Below are positions 46,925 through 58,453 of a DNA stretch of 64,000 nt, piece by piece; within the stretch, counting starts at the first letter, position 1, and each line of letters begins with the position of its first letter. The stretch is from Flaviaesturariibacter aridisoli. GTDB taxonomy: Bacteria; Bacteroidota; Bacteroidia; Chitinophagales; Chitinophagaceae. The stretch spans positions 1 through 64,000 of the forward strand of contig NZ_SKFH01000008.1 of assembly GCF_004343705.1 (NCBI RefSeq), read 5' to 3'. The position numbers were made by a program, and so were the translations under genes. The notes beneath the pieces were generated by a model. It saw only the letters and a program-made list of their open reading frames with translations, had not been told where the DNA came from and did no database searches.

Positions 46925-48181
46925 TCAAACTTTGACGTAGATGCGCTTCTTATCCATCCAGTAACAGATCGCCCACATAAAGAGAATGACGGTGAGGGCG
47001 AAGAGGAGGGAGCCGATGCGCGGGTCGCCGGGAATGAACTTGTAGACCTTGTCGTAGAGAAAGTTCCAGGGGTTGGTATAGGCCGGCTCCCCCTTGTCGT
47101 TGACACCGTTGGGGATACGCAGCAGGCGCAGGCCGCGGGGCAGGAAGGCGCTCAGGGCGAAGACGAAGAGGGCGTTCTTGCCAAACACGTCGAAGAAGCG
47201 CGTCCAGCCGCCGCGCACGCCGCGGAGCTCGATGGCGTAGAGCAGCGTGCACAGCACCAGGATGGCCATCCCGGTGGTGGCCACCACGTACGAGGAAGTC
47301 CAGATGCGCTTATTGGCGGGGAAGGCGAGGTCCCAGATGTAGCCGGCTACCAGCAAACCCACGGCCGTTACAAACAGGCCGGTGAGCGTGCGGTAAAGCC
47401 GGGCCGTGGTATCGGCGGGGCTGTCGGTGCTGGGCGCCTTCGTGTTATTGATGATATAATGGCCCACGAGGTAGCCGAAGATCACCTGGGCGATGGCCGG
47501 CGCCGTGCTGCCGAGGCCTTCGGGGTCGAAGATCTGGGGCAGGCCTTCCCAGGTTTCGCGGTTGTACATATGGGGCACCTGGAGCACGGCGGTGTCGATG
47601 CGGTTGCCGAAGAAGCCGGGCATCGTGTAATCGCCGAGGGCGAAGCAAAGCCCCCAGTAGAGCAGCAGGATGATCATGCCGGCCAGCATGGCGCCGCGGG
47701 GTTTCAGGTAGTAAACGAGCACGGAGGCCGCCAGGTAGCAGATGGCAATCCGCTGGAGCACCCCCAGGATGCGGATCCCGAAGAGCTGCTGCGCGCCGTT
47801 CTTGATGCCGGCAATGCCCGGCGCGGCGGGGCCCCACCAGGTCCAGCCGGTGGCGAGGAGCTGGTTGTCCTGCCAGCGCACGAAGGGCCACCAGTTGAGA
47901 AAGAGGCCGATGGCGAAGATGAGGAAGCTGCGTTTGAGGACCTTGCGCCAGAAGGCGCCGTCGCCGGCGGCGGCAAAGCGGGGCATCACGAAGGCCATGG
48001 CATTGCCCACGGCAAAAAGGAAAAAGGGGAAGACGAGGTCGGTGGGGGTGATACCGTTCCATTCGGCATGCTCCAGCGGCCCGTAGATGTGCCCCCAGTT
48101 GCCGGGATTGTTCACCAGGATCATCAGGGCAACGGTGGCGCCCCGGAACACGTCGAGGGCATAAAAGCGGGGAGACTTCAT
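46925..48181 (-). CDS. acyltransferase-3/DUF5009-like multi-pass membrane protein (HGSNAT-like)
   Basis: ~11 TM segments, N-terminal MKSPRFYALDVFRG motif typical of DUF5009/heparan-alpha-glucosaminide N-acetyltransferase-like proteins. Confidence 0.6.
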   Translation of the reverse strand: MKSPRFYALDVFRGATVALMILVNNPGNWGHIYGPLEHAEWNGITPTDLVFPFFLFAVGNAMAFVMPRFAAAGDGAFWRKVLKRSFLIFAIGLFLNWWPFVRWQDNQLLATGWTWWGPAAPGIAGIKNGAQQLFGIRILGVLQRIAICYLAASVLVYYLKPRGAMLAGMIILLLYWGLCFALGDYTMPGFFGNRIDTAVLQVPHMYNRETWEGLPQIFDPEGLGSTAPAIAQVIFGYLVGHYIINNTKAPSTDSPADTTARLYRTLTGLFVTAVGLLVAGYIWDLAFPANKRIWTSSYVVATTGMAILVLCTLLYAIELRGVRGGWTRFFDVFGKNALFVFALSAFLPRGLRLLRIPNGVNDKGEPAYTNPWNFLYDKVYKFIPGDPRIGSLLFALTVILFMWAICYWMDKKRIYVKV

Positions 48182-48201
48182 GGCGGTAAGTTCGGGAAAA
48201 A

Positions 48202-48243
48202 TCGTGAGGCGTGAGGCGTGAACCGTGAGCCGTGAGCCGTGCG
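48202..48243. repeat. degenerate heptamer repeats (CGTGAGG-like x6) upstream of gene start
   Basis: CGTGAGGCGTGAGGCGTGAACCGTGAGCCGTGAGCCGTGCGA 20 bp upstream of the ATG. Confidence 0.8.
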
Positions 48244-48566
48244 ACGGCGCGGCGGGAATCGGCAATGGATGCCGGAACATCAAATTCCAAACAACAAACC
48301 CTTCCCGCCCAAACCTTCCGGAACCTTCCGGAACACGCTCCGGAGGCTAAGAAAGTTCCCTTAGTCGCTCATTATCAGTAGCGTATGCATCAGGTGGGCG
48401 GTTTTTGGAGTTCTGAATCAATAACTAATTCATAATCTGTTCTTTTTAATAGCTTGTCAGTCCCACATGCCGATTATATTTGCAGCGCGAAACCCTCCTC
48501 AACCAACCCGGCATTTTGAAAAAATGCCTGGGACTGAGGTGGCGAAGCTATGCCTAAGCCCCTGTC

Positions 48567-49073
48567 ATGAGTCAAAAATGGTACGCTATATATACGAGGC
48601 CCCGGTGGGAAAAAAAGGTCCATAACCTTCTGGTACAGAAGGGTATCGAGAGCTATTGCCCGCTCAACAAGGTGCACCGCAAGTGGAGCGACCGGGTGAA
48701 ACTCATCGAGGAGCCGCTGTTCAAATCGTACGTGTTTGTGCGGGCGGCCGACGAGATGCGCACCGAGGTGCGGATGACGGATGGCGTGATCAACTTCGTG
48801 TATTGGGACGGCAAGCCGGCGGTGATCAAGGAAAAAGAGATCCAGGCCGTGCGGAAATTCCTCGACGAACACCAGAACGTGGAGCTCGTGAAGGTGGACT
48901 GGAAGCCCGATGAAAAGGTGGCGGTGCTGTCGGGGCCGCTGGTGAACGCCGAAGGGCGCGTGGTACAGGTGAACAGCAAGACCGTCAAAGTACTGATCGA
49001 AAGCCTCGGCTACCTGCTGCTGGCCAACATCGATAAAACAAAGCTAATTTCCCTCGAACCCATTAAAACGTAA
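48567..49073 (+). CDS. UpxY-family transcription antiterminator (NusG-like)
   Basis: WYAIYTRPRWEKKV NGN domain and C-terminal KOW. Heads polysaccharide loci in Bacteroidota. Confidence 0.8.
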   Translation: MSQKWYAIYTRPRWEKKVHNLLVQKGIESYCPLNKVHRKWSDRVKLIEEPLFKSYVFVRAADEMRTEVRMTDGVINFVYWDGKPAVIKEKEIQAVRKFLDEHQNVELVKVDWKPDEKVAVLSGPLVNAEGRVVQVNSKTVKVLIESLGYLLLANIDKTKLISLEPIKT

Positions 49074-49079
49074 ACAGAT

Positions 49080-49844
49080 ATGCGCTTTTTTTACTATATA
49101 TTTGTGGTCGCAGTGCTGGCCGCCAGCTGCAAGCCGCAGCGGGTGTTGCACAACTACCTGGAGGACATCAAGGATACGTCTTTCAAGCGGGAGGTGCTGC
49201 TGGCCGACCCGGTGATCCAGAAGAACGACCTGCTCTCGATCAAAGTATCGAGTGCGAGCCTCAACCCGCAGACGGACCAGCTGTACAACCTGACGGCTAC
49301 CAGCCAGGGAAGCGGTTTACAGCAGGAGCCGGGCTACCTGGTAGACGTGTACGGCAACATCGAGATGCCGCGCATCGGCCCCCTGCACGTGGAAGGACTG
49401 ACAAAGACAGAACTGGAAAAGACGATAAAGGCGAAATTGAAGGACGTATTGACCCAGCCTTCGGTAACCATCCGGTTCCTGAATTTCCGGATCACGGTAC
49501 TGGGCGAAGTGGCCCGGCCGGGCGTACAGACGATCCCCACGGAGCGGCTGAACATCCTGGAAGCCGTGGGCATGGCCGGTGGGATCACGGAGTTCGGCAC
49601 CATTCAACGGGTGCGGGTGCTCCGGGAGAACAACGGCCGCCGCGAAACGGCGGTGCTCGACCTCACCACTAAAAAGGTGTTCGAGGATCCCTATTACCAG
49701 CTCCAGCAAAACGACGTGGTGCTGGTAGACCAAACCGATTACAAGCTTCGCCTAGGCGAGCAGCAACGCAGAACCCAGCAGATCACCTTTGCCCTCGCGA
49801 TCGTGACGAGTTTGGCGCTGCTCTATAACATCTTATCCCGCTAA
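49080..49844 (+). CDS. polysaccharide export protein (Wza/BexD-like)
   Basis: Poly_export + SLBB pattern, lipoprotein-type signal. Confidence 0.8.
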   Translation: MRFFYYIFVVAVLAASCKPQRVLHNYLEDIKDTSFKREVLLADPVIQKNDLLSIKVSSASLNPQTDQLYNLTATSQGSGLQQEPGYLVDVYGNIEMPRIGPLHVEGLTKTELEKTIKAKLKDVLTQPSVTIRFLNFRITVLGEVARPGVQTIPTERLNILEAVGMAGGITEFGTIQRVRVLRENNGRRETAVLDLTTKKVFEDPYYQLQQNDVVLVDQTDYKLRLGEQQRRTQQITFALAIVTSLALLYNILSR

Positions 49845-49862
49845 ACACCTTAATCAACCTCA

Positions 49863-52316
49863 ATGTCTTCGAACATCCAGGCCACCCGCAGCGACCAGAC
49901 CGGATTCAACCCGAAAGAGTTTCTCTTCAAGTACCTCCGGTTTTTACCGCTGTTCATCCTGTCGTTGGTCCTTTCACTGATCATCGCCTTCTTCTACCTC
50001 CGCTATACGTCGCCGACCTTCCAGTCGCGCGGGGCGCTGGTGCTGACGGAGGACAAATCGAACGCCAACCCCAACGACAAGTTTTCCCAGATCTTCGTGG
50101 ACGACCGTTCCAAGAATATCAACAATGAGCTCGAATACCTGCGTTCGAAGTCGCTGATGACCCGCGTGGTGGACACCCTCGGGCTCAATGTACAGTACTA
50201 CGCCAAGGGTAAGATCAAGCAGCTCAACATTTACAAGGACGCGCCCTTCCGCCTCCAGGTGCTGCGCCTTACCGATTCCACCCGCTCCTTCGACCTCGTG
50301 TTGAACTTCATCAACGCCGGTTCGTTTCACCTCGGTACCGACAAGAAGAAGACCTACACGGTGGGTGACAACTTCACCACGGCCGACGGCGAGTTTCGCA
50401 TCGTACCAACGGGTGTGCTGAGCGCCAACAGCCAGTACAGCGTCCGCTACGCCTCGGTGCGCCGCACCGTGGCCGCGCTGCTCGGCGGCCTCACCCCGAT
50501 CAACAAGGCGGGCTCGGCCGGCATCATCATCCTCACCATGGAGGCCGACAACGCCAAGATGGCCGCCGATGTGGTGAACGAGATCATGGACCAGTACCGC
50601 CTCGCTACGGTGGAAGACAAGAACGCCAAGACCCAAAAGACCCTCGACTTCCTCAACGGCCGCCTGGCCATTGTAGGCCGCGAGGTAGACAGCATCAGCC
50701 GCCTGGTGAACAACTACCAGCGCGCCAACGGCATCACCGACGCCGAAGCCCAGTCGAGCAACTACATCACCCGTTCTTCGGCTACCGACGACGCTATCCG
50801 CGGCATCCAGAGCCAGGTGTCGATCCTCGACATCGTGGACCAGGACCTTCGCAACGCCGGCAAGATCTACGAGCAGGTGCCCTTCTCGCTGGATATCCAG
50901 GACGCCACGCTGCAAGAGCAGATCAAGGCCTTCAACAGCCTGCAGGCCGAGCGGAAAAAACTGATCTCGGAAGACAACGTGCCCGTTGCCCACCCGCTGG
51001 TGCAACAGGTGCAGGAGCAGATCGCCTCCGGCCGCCGCGGCATCCTGCAGGGCATCGTCAACGTGCGCCGCGCCTTCGGGGCCCAGATCGCCCAGCTGCG
51101 CGCTACGAGCGGCGCTATCAAAGGGGAAATGAGCGCCCTGCCCGCCAAGCAGCAGGGACTCGAAGAGCTGAAGCAGGCCCTCCAGACGAAAGCCGACCTC
51201 TTTAAATTCCTCAACGAAAAGAAAGAAGAAACCGCCATCTCGCTGGCCGCCACCATCTCCAATACCCGGGTGCTGGAGCAGGCGGAAGTGAGCAAGGCGC
51301 CCGTTCGTCCTACCTCGGGCAAGGTGCGCGGCATCGCGCTGCTCATCGGCCTCATGATCCCGCTGCTGTTTGTGCTGGTGCTGGAGATCATGGACGACAA
51401 GATCACCTCGCGCAACGACATCGAGCGCCAGACCTCCGCCACCGTGCTCGGCGAGATCGGCCATGCCGGCGCCGAGGAAACCCTCGTGGTGAAGGCGCGC
51501 AGCCGCTCTTTCATTGCCGAGCAGTTCCGCATCGTACGCTCCAACCTGCAATATGTGCTCACGGAGGGGCCCAAGAGCGGCAAGGCCCCCGTGCTGCTGA
51601 TCACCTCCTCGTTCTCGGGTGAGGGTAAATCCTTTGTATCGACCAATATGGGCGCCGTGATGGCCCTCGCCGGCAAGCGCACCGTGATCCTTGAGTTCGA
51701 CGTACGCAAACCGAAAATCCTCTCCGGCCTCGGCATCACCAAGAAGCCGGGTCTGACCAACTTCATGCTCGGCAAGGCTTCTATCGAAGACCTGCTGGTG
51801 CCGGTAGACGGCATCGAGAACCTCTGGGTGCTGCCTTGCGGACCCATCCCGCCGAACCCCGCCGAGCTGCTGCTCGACACCAAGCTCGACGAGCTGTTCA
51901 GCTACCTGACCACGCATTACGACTTCCTGGTGATGGACACCGCCCCCGTGGGCATGGTAGGCGACGCGATGACGCTGGCCGCCCGCTATGTGGACATGAC
52001 CCTCTACATCGTGCGCCAGGGTGTTACCCACAAGAAGCAGCTGGAAATGGTGAACGACTTTTACAAGAGCGGCAAGCTGCCGAAGATGAATATCATCCTC
52101 AACGACGTGAAGCTCCGCGCGGGCTATGGCTACTACGGCTACGGCCGATACGGCTATGGCTACGGCTACGGTGGTTCTTACGGTTATGGCTATGGCTACG
52201 GCTATGGCTACTACGATGACGATGTGGAGGGCACTTCCTTCATCCGTCGCTGGTTCGGATGGGCGCTCCCTTCCCCGAGCCGCAAGAAAAAGGCTAAGAA
52301 AGAAAAGGCAGGATAA
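49863..52316 (+). CDS. polysaccharide biosynthesis tyrosine autokinase (Wzc/PCP-2a) with extended Tyr-Gly tail
   Basis: Wzz-like N-domain with two TM, Walker [15 protein letters not shown], Walker B DTAPVG. C-terminal [33 protein letters not shown]. Confidence 0.85.
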   Translation: MSSNIQATRSDQTGFNPKEFLFKYLRFLPLFILSLVLSLIIAFFYLRYTSPTFQSRGALVLTEDKSNANPNDKFSQIFVDDRSKNINNELEYLRSKSLMTRVVDTLGLNVQYYAKGKIKQLNIYKDAPFRLQVLRLTDSTRSFDLVLNFINAGSFHLGTDKKKTYTVGDNFTTADGEFRIVPTGVLSANSQYSVRYASVRRTVAALLGGLTPINKAGSAGIIILTMEADNAKMAADVVNEIMDQYRLATVEDKNAKTQKTLDFLNGRLAIVGREVDSISRLVNNYQRANGITDAEAQSSNYITRSSATDDAIRGIQSQVSILDIVDQDLRNAGKIYEQVPFSLDIQDATLQEQIKAFNSLQAERKKLISEDNVPVAHPLVQQVQEQIASGRRGILQGIVNVRRAFGAQIAQLRATSGAIKGEMSALPAKQQGLEELKQALQTKADLFKFLNEKKEETAISLAATISNTRVLEQAEVSKAPVRPTSGKVRGIALLIGLMIPLLFVLVLEIMDDKITSRNDIERQTSATVLGEIGHAGAEETLVVKARSRSFIAEQFRIVRSNLQYVLTEGPKSGKAPVLLITSSFSGEGKSFVSTNMGAVMALAGKRTVILEFDVRKPKILSGLGITKKPGLTNFMLGKASIEDLLVPVDGIENLWVLPCGPIPPNPAELLLDTKLDELFSYLTTHYDFLVMDTAPVGMVGDAMTLAARYVDMTLYIVRQGVTHKKQLEMVNDFYKSGKLPKMNIILNDVKLRAGYGYYGYGRYGYGYGYGGSYGYGYGYGYGYYDDDVEGTSFIRRWFGWALPSPSRKKKAKKEKAG

Positions 52317-52320
52317 GCTT

Positions 52321-53289
52321 ATGCGCATATTGGTAACTGGCGGAGCCGGGTTCATCGGCTCCAACCTTGTAGAAGAACTGCTGCGGCACCCGCAGGTAAC
52401 GGGGGTACGCGTGCTCGACAACCTGAGCACCGGCTACGCCCACAACCTGAAGGAGTTCGAAAGCGACACCCGCTTCGAGTTCCTGCAGGGCGACATCCGC
52501 GACTACGAAACCTGCCTCGCCGCCTGCAAGGATGTGCAACGCATCTCGCACCAGGCGGCCCTGGGCTCGGTGCCGCGGTCGATGGCCGACCCGCTGACCA
52601 CCAACGCCGTGAACATCACCGGCACTCTTAATATCTTCACGGCCGCCAAGGAAAGCGGCGTGGACCGCGTCGTGTACGCGGCCTCTTCCTCTACCTACGG
52701 CGACCATCCCGGCCTGCCCAAGGTGGAAGACCAGATTGGCCGCCCGCTGTCGCCCTACGCTGTGACCAAGTACGTCAACGAGCTTTACGCCCGCGTGTAT
52801 GCCGATGTTTACGGCACCGCGTTCGTGGGGCTTCGTTATTTCAACGTCTTCGGCCCGCGCCAGGATCCCAACGGCGCCTACGCCGCCGTGATCCCGCTGT
52901 TCATGAAGGCCGTGCTCGACAACGAGCCGCCGAAGATCAACGGCGACGGCGAAACGAGCCGCGACTTCACCTACGTGAACAACGCCGTGCACGCCAACAT
53001 CTGCGCGCTTTTTACAGAGAACGCGGAGGCGCTCAACCAGGTATACAACATCGCCTTCGGCGAGCGCACGACGCTCAACGAGCTGTTCGAAACCATCAAA
53101 GGCATCGCCGGCTCCGACCTGGCGCCGATCTACGGCCCCGAGCGCTCCGGCGATGTGCGCCACAGCCTCGCCGACATTACGAAGGCGCGCACCCTGCTGG
53201 GCTACGACCCGGCGGTTTCGGTACGCGAAGGCCTCAAGACCGCCTTTGCCTGGTATCGTCAACACCACAACTACTCTTACTCGGTATGA
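52321..53289 (+). CDS. NAD-dependent epimerase/dehydratase (UDP-sugar 4-epimerase-like, WbpP/TviC-like)
   Basis: [14 protein letters not shown] Rossmann motif, YxxxK (YAVTK) catalytic pair. Confidence 0.8.
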   Translation: MRILVTGGAGFIGSNLVEELLRHPQVTGVRVLDNLSTGYAHNLKEFESDTRFEFLQGDIRDYETCLAACKDVQRISHQAALGSVPRSMADPLTTNAVNITGTLNIFTAAKESGVDRVVYAASSSTYGDHPGLPKVEDQIGRPLSPYAVTKYVNELYARVYADVYGTAFVGLRYFNVFGPRQDPNGAYAAVIPLFMKAVLDNEPPKINGDGETSRDFTYVNNAVHANICALFTENAEALNQVYNIAFGERTTLNELFETIKGIAGSDLAPIYGPERSGDVRHSLADITKARTLLGYDPAVSVREGLKTAFAWYRQHHNYSYSV

Positions 53290-54341
53290 ACAAGACCCTC
53301 TTCATCACGGGCGGTGCCGGTTTTATCGGCTCGCACGTCGTTCGCCTCTTTGTAACGAAGTATCCCGACTACCGCATCGTGAACCTCGACGCCCTCACCT
53401 ATGCGGGCAACCTCGAGAACCTCGCCGACATCCAGGACGCGCCCAACTACGTGTTTGAAAAGGCCGATATCGTGGATGCCGCCCGCATCGCGGAGCTGTT
53501 TGCCCAGTACCGCCCCGACGGTGTCATTCACCTCGCCGCCGAGTCGCACGTGGACCGCTCCATCGAGTCGCCGCTCGACTTCGTGATGACCAACGTCATC
53601 GGTACGGTGAACCTGCTCAACGCCGCCCGCGAGGCCTGGAAAGGGGCCATGGACGGCAAGCGCTTCTACCACGTTTCGACCGACGAAGTGTACGGCGCGC
53701 TCGGCGCCGAGGGCCTCTTTACGGAGACGACGCCCTACGACCCGCATTCGCCGTACTCGGCTTCGAAAGCCTCTTCGGATCACTTTGTGCGTGCTTACCA
53801 CGACACCTACGGGCTGCCGGTGGTGATCACCAACTGCTCGAACAACTACGGGCCGAACCACTTCCCCGAGAAGCTCATCCCGCTGTGCATTCACAACATC
53901 ATTCACAACAAGCCGCTGCCGGTGTACGGCGACGGCAAGTATACCCGCGACTGGCTCTTTGTAAAAGACCATGCGCGCGCCATCGACCTCGTTTTTCACA
54001 AAGGCAAGACCGGCGACACCTATAACATCGGCGGCTTCAACGAGTGGCAGAACATCGACCTGGTGAAGCTGCTCTGCCAGCAGATGGACGAAAAGCTGGG
54101 CCGCCCCGCCGGCACGAGCGCGCAGCTCATCACCTTCGTGAAAGACCGCCCCGGCCACGACCTGCGCTACGCCATCGACGCCTCCAAGATCAACAAGGAG
54201 CTGGGCTGGTCGCCGAGCGTGACCTTCGAGCAGGGCCTTGCGCTGACCATCGACTGGTACCTCTCCAACGAGGAGTGGCTGAAAAGCGTCACCAGCGGCG
54301 CCTATAAAAGCTACTACGAGGGCATGTACGCCGGCCGGTAA
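53286..54341 (+). CDS. rfbB: dTDP-glucose 4,6-dehydratase
   Basis: [33 protein letters not shown] catalytic motif. Confidence 0.9.
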   Translation: MNKTLFITGGAGFIGSHVVRLFVTKYPDYRIVNLDALTYAGNLENLADIQDAPNYVFEKADIVDAARIAELFAQYRPDGVIHLAAESHVDRSIESPLDFVMTNVIGTVNLLNAAREAWKGAMDGKRFYHVSTDEVYGALGAEGLFTETTPYDPHSPYSASKASSDHFVRAYHDTYGLPVVITNCSNNYGPNHFPEKLIPLCIHNIIHNKPLPVYGDGKYTRDWLFVKDHARAIDLVFHKGKTGDTYNIGGFNEWQNIDLVKLLCQQMDEKLGRPAGTSAQLITFVKDRPGHDLRYAIDASKINKELGWSPSVTFEQGLALTIDWYLSNEEWLKSVTSGAYKSYYEGMYAGR

Positions 54342-54354
54342 GCCTACCTGGGCG

Positions 54355-54470
54355 TCATTGCGAGCATAGCGAAGCAATCTCATCGCGCCGGGTCTGCCGC
54401 CTCATGAGGCCCCGGAGCCAACGAGGGTAAGATTGCTTCGCTTCCCTTCGTTTCGCTCGCAATGACGGTA
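54355..54470. repeat. ~120-bp palindromic intergenic element (copy 2)
   Basis: GTCATTGCGAGCATAGCGAAGCAATCT ... AAGATTGCTTCGCTTCCCTTCGTTTCGCTCGCAATGAC. Same family as 9483-9604. Confidence 0.8.
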
Positions 54471-54538
54471 CCGGAGGAACAACGCGGCCAGCGCAGCAAT
54501 AGACCTAATAAACCAGTTAATTAATCAACTCCTTCTTC

Positions 54539-55408
54539 ATGAAAGGAATTATTCTCGCCGGGGGCAGTGGCACCCGGCTTTACCCCATTACCAAGGCCAT
54601 CTCGAAGCAGCTGATGCCCATCTACGACAAGCCGATGGTGTATTACCCGCTGTCGATCCTGATGATGGCCGGCATCCGCGAGATCCTGATCATCACCACG
54701 CCCGAAGACCACAGCCAGTTCAAGCGGTTGCTCGGCGACGGATCGCAGGTGGGCTGCCGCTTTGAGTATGCCGTGCAGGAAGTGCCCAACGGCCTCGCGC
54801 AGGCCTTTGTGATCGGTGCCGACTTTATCGGCGACGACAAAGTGGCGCTGGTGCTGGGCGACAACATCTTCTTCGGCGCCGGCCTCGGCCGACAGCTGCA
54901 GGAGCTCAACGACGTGGAGGGCGCCTACGTGTTTGCCTACGCCGTGAGCGACCCCGAGCGCTATGGGGTGGTGGACTTCGATGAGGCCCAGAACGTGCTG
55001 TCGATCGAGGAAAAGCCCGCACAGCCCAAAAGCAACTACGCCGTTCCCGGCCTGTATTTCTACGACAACGAGGTGGTACAGATCGCCCGCGACCTGCAGC
55101 CCTCGCCCCGCGGCGAATACGAGATCACCGATGTGAACAAGGAATACCTCCGCCGCGGCCAACTGAAGGTATCGGTGCTGCAGCGCGGCACCGCCTGGCT
55201 CGACACGGGCACCTTCGACTCGCTCAACGACGCTTCCGAGTTCGTGCGCGTGATCGAAAAGCGCCAGGGCCATAAGATCGGCTGCATCGAGGAGATCGCC
55301 TACATCATGGGCTACATCACGGCCGACGAACTGAAGCAGCAGGCCGACGCCCTCATCAAGAGCGGCTACGGCGCCTATCTCCACCACGTATTAAAAATGA
55401 ATCAATGA
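54539..55408 (+). CDS. rfbA: glucose-1-phosphate thymidylyltransferase
   Basis: [18 protein letters not shown]...YDKPM classic RmlA N-terminus. Confidence 0.9.
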   Translation: MKGIILAGGSGTRLYPITKAISKQLMPIYDKPMVYYPLSILMMAGIREILIITTPEDHSQFKRLLGDGSQVGCRFEYAVQEVPNGLAQAFVIGADFIGDDKVALVLGDNIFFGAGLGRQLQELNDVEGAYVFAYAVSDPERYGVVDFDEAQNVLSIEEKPAQPKSNYAVPGLYFYDNEVVQIARDLQPSPRGEYEITDVNKEYLRRGQLKVSVLQRGTAWLDTGTFDSLNDASEFVRVIEKRQGHKIGCIEEIAYIMGYITADELKQQADALIKSGYGAYLHHVLKMNQ

Positions 55409-55986
55409 GTGACCAACAGTACTACGCACACCCCTCGGCCATCGTTGACGAAGGCTGCGTTATCGGTGCCGGCACCAAGATCTGGCACTTCAGCCACGTG
55501 ATGCCCAACTGCGTCATCGGCGAAGGCTGCAACATCGGCCAGAACGTGGTGGTGAGCCCCAAGGTAACCCTGGGCCGCAACGTGCGCGTGCAGAACAATG
55601 TTTCCATTTACGAAGGCGTCATCTGCGAAGACGACGTGTTTCTCGGCCCCTCGATGGTGTTCACCAACGTGATCAACCCGCGCAGCGCCGTTAGCCGCAA
55701 GAGCGAATACAAGCAAACGCTGGTGCGCCGCGGTGCCTCCATCGGCGCCAACGCTACGATCGTGTGCGGCAACGAGATCGGCGAGTTCGCCTTCATCGGT
55801 GCCGGCGCCGTAGTAACGAAGCCCGTGCCTGCTTACGCCCTCGTGGTGGGCAACCCCGCCCGCCAGACCGGCTGGATGAGCGAGTTCGGCCACAAGCTGA
55901 AGTTCGACGCCAACGGCAGCGCCAAATGCGACGAGAGCGGCGAAGGCTACGAGCTGAAGGAAGGCAAGGTGCGGAAGCTGTCCTGA
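55405..55986 (+). CDS. left-handed beta-helix sugar N-acetyltransferase (WbpD/PglD-like)
   Basis: Hexapeptide repeats ([20 protein letters not shown]). Confidence 0.75.
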   Translation: MSDQQYYAHPSAIVDEGCVIGAGTKIWHFSHVMPNCVIGEGCNIGQNVVVSPKVTLGRNVRVQNNVSIYEGVICEDDVFLGPSMVFTNVINPRSAVSRKSEYKQTLVRRGASIGANATIVCGNEIGEFAFIGAGAVVTKPVPAYALVVGNPARQTGWMSEFGHKLKFDANGSAKCDESGEGYELKEGKVRKLS

Positions 55987-56097
55987 AGGCAGGAAAGACG
56001 CCAACAGTGAGACGCACATGGTGCGTCTATACCAACGTAGGAAACAAGATGTAAAGACGCGCGATGCGCGTCTCCCAATAGACCCATAAACGAATCC

Positions 56098-57120
56098 ATG
56101 TCAGACAAAAAGATCCGCTTTGCCGTCATCGGCTGCGGCCACATCGGGAAGCGCCATGCCGAGATGATCGACCGTAACGACGAAAGCGAGCTCGTAGCCC
56201 TCATCGACATCAAGGAACCCACCGCGCTCGGCATCGACAAGTACAACGTACCGGTATTTACGTCGCTCGAAGCTTTCTTCGACGCGGGTATCGAGGTGGA
56301 TGTAATCAACATCGCCACGCCCAACGGCTACCACGCCGAGCATGCCCTCAAGTCGCTCGAGCACAAAAAGCACGTAGTGGTGGAGAAGCCCATGGCCCTC
56401 CGCCGCACCGATGCAGAGAAGGTGATTTACAAGGCGCTCAACGTGCACCGCCACGTGTTTGCCGTGATGCAGAACCGCTACTCGCCGCCGTCCGTCTGGA
56501 TCAAAGACATGGTGGAGTCGGGGCGCCTCGGCAAGATCTACATGGTGCAGCTGAGCTGTTACTGGAACCGCGACGACCGTTATTACAAGGCCGACTCCTG
56601 GCACGGTAAGAAAGACCTCGACGGGGGCACGCTGTTCACCCAGTTCTCGCACTTCATCGACCTGATGTACTGGCTCTTTGGCGACATCGAGCATATCCGC
56701 GGCCGCATGGCCTGCCACAACCACCAGCACCTGACCGAATTCGAGGACAGCGGCTCGGTGAGCTTCGACTTCGTCAACGGCGGCCAGGGTGTGCTCAACT
56801 TCTCCACCTCGGTGTGGGACAAGAACCTGGAGAGCTCCATGACCATCGTGGCTGAGCACGGCACGGTAAAAGTGGGCGGCCAGTACATGGACAAGGTGGA
56901 ATACTGCCACGTAAAGGACTACGAAATGCCGGAGCTCGAGCCGACCAATCCCGGCAACGACTACGGCGCTTATAAAGGCTCGGCGCAGAACCACCACTAC
57001 GTGATCGACAACGTGGTGGACGTGCTGCAGAACCGCGCCACCATCACCACCAATGCCCTCGAGGGCCTCAAAGTCGTAGACATCATCGAAAGAATCTACA
57101 AGGAAACAGATGCTCGGTAG
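56098..57120 (+). CDS. Gfo/Idh/MocA-family oxidoreductase (WbpB-like UDP-sugar 3-dehydrogenase)
   Basis: IRFAVIGCGHIGKRH NAD-binding N-terminus, EKP motif, ~340 aa. Confidence 0.8.
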   Translation: MSDKKIRFAVIGCGHIGKRHAEMIDRNDESELVALIDIKEPTALGIDKYNVPVFTSLEAFFDAGIEVDVINIATPNGYHAEHALKSLEHKKHVVVEKPMALRRTDAEKVIYKALNVHRHVFAVMQNRYSPPSVWIKDMVESGRLGKIYMVQLSCYWNRDDRYYKADSWHGKKDLDGGTLFTQFSHFIDLMYWLFGDIEHIRGRMACHNHQHLTEFEDSGSVSFDFVNGGQGVLNFSTSVWDKNLESSMTIVAEHGTVKVGGQYMDKVEYCHVKDYEMPELEPTNPGNDYGAYKGSAQNHHYVIDNVVDVLQNRATITTNALEGLKVVDIIERIYKETDAR

Positions 57121-58453
57121 TATCCTGCAGAAATTCCGCAGCTCGGACTTCTCGAAGAACACGTTCATCATCATGTTGGGAACGATCTTCTCGCAGTTCG
57201 TGCTGATCGCGGCCACACCCTGGCTGTCGCGCATTTACACGCCCGACGAGTTCGGGCTGTACGGGATGTTCATCGGTATGGCCATGCTGCTCGGATCGGC
57301 CATGACGCTGCGGTACACCATTGCCATCATGATTGCCGACACGAGCGAGAAGGCCCACGACGTGGTGAAGCTTTGCCTCCTGCTTTCGGTGTGCATTACC
57401 GTGATACTCACCGGCGTGGCGGCCGTGTTTTACGCACCGCTGCAAGGGCTGCTCAACCTGAAGGACATTGGTTATTACCTCATACTGCTGCCGGTGTATG
57501 CCGGCGTGCTGGGGATCAACGAAACGCTCTTCAGCTGGCTCAACCGCAACAAGGCCTACAACTACATTTCGATCAACCGCATCGTGACGTCGTCGCTGAC
57601 GCTGGCCACCACGCTGCTGTGGGGCTACTTTGTAGACCGCACGGCGCACGGGCTCATCATGGGCTCGCTGGTAGGGCAGGGGATGGGTACGGTGCTGCTG
57701 TTTTTCCGGGGCCTCCGCTTCCGCCCGTTCGATTTTCATATCGACCTTCCGCGTATCCGCGCCATGGCGCGCCAGTACCGGTCGTTCCCGATCTATACGC
57801 TGCCTTCGGAGTTCATCAACATCTTCACCAACCAGCTGCCGGTGTTCATGCTCAACAGCCTCATGAAGAACTCCGCCGCCGCGGGCAACTTCAGCATGAC
57901 CAACCGGGTGCTCGGCATTCCGCTGGTGTTTGTATCGAATTCGATCTCGGAAGTGTTCCGCCAGAAGGCAGCCGACGAGTACCGCCTGAAAGGCACCTGT
58001 CGCCCGCTGTTCCTGAAAACCACGGGCGCCCTGGCGGCCATGGGAATCATTCCTTTCGCGGTGCTGTTCTTCTTCGGTCCGCAGATCTTCACCTTCGTGC
58101 TGGGCCCCAAGTGGACGCAGGCCGGTGAATATGCCCGCGTCCTGGCACCGCTCTTCTGCCTCAAGTTCATCGTCAGCCCGATGACTGTTACCTTTTTCAT
58201 CGCCCAGAAGCAGCGCGTGGACTTTTACATCCACATCGCGATGCTGACGCTGACGGCGGCACCGTTCTACATTGCCAACTATTATTACCACAATACGTAC
58301 TATGCGCTGATCGGCTTTTCGCTGGCCTACAGCCTCATATACCTACCCTATTTCTATTTATCTTTAAAGTTTGCCACCAACGAAGCGCACACGCCTCCTC
58401 CGCAGGACCCGGTTGTGGTGCCCGGCCTGGTGAGTCAACCCGAAACGATATGA
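57110..58453 (+). CDS. Wzx-type oligosaccharide flippase (MOP superfamily)
   Basis: ~12 TM, 447 aa. Confidence 0.8.
   Translation: MLGSILQKFRSSDFSKNTFIIMLGTIFSQFVLIAATPWLSRIYTPDEFGLYGMFIGMAMLLGSAMTLRYTIAIMIADTSEKAHDVVKLCLLLSVCITVILTGVAAVFYAPLQGLLNLKDIGYYLILLPVYAGVLGINETLFSWLNRNKAYNYISINRIVTSSLTLATTLLWGYFVDRTAHGLIMGSLVGQGMGTVLLFFRGLRFRPFDFHIDLPRIRAMARQYRSFPIYTLPSEFINIFTNQLPVFMLNSLMKNSAAAGNFSMTNRVLGIPLVFVSNSISEVFRQKAADEYRLKGTCRPLFLKTTGALAAMGIIPFAVLFFFGPQIFTFVLGPKWTQAGEYARVLAPLFCLKFIVSPMTVTFFIAQKQRVDFYIHIAMLTLTAAPFYIANYYYHNTYYALIGFSLAYSLIYLPYFYLSLKFATNEAHTPPPQDPVVVPGLVSQPETI

Noticed and set aside
49974-52430. 818-aa minus-strand ORF antisense to wzc; similar long antisense ORFs at 8389-9558, 14066-15193, 16801-17826, 38680-40283, 53277-54383, 56101-58291, 59647-60756, 61996-63910
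   Set aside because: All lie opposite well-supported genes with clear catalytic motifs. Compositions are Arg/Ala/Gly-biased with no recognizable domains. These are high-GC frame artefacts.
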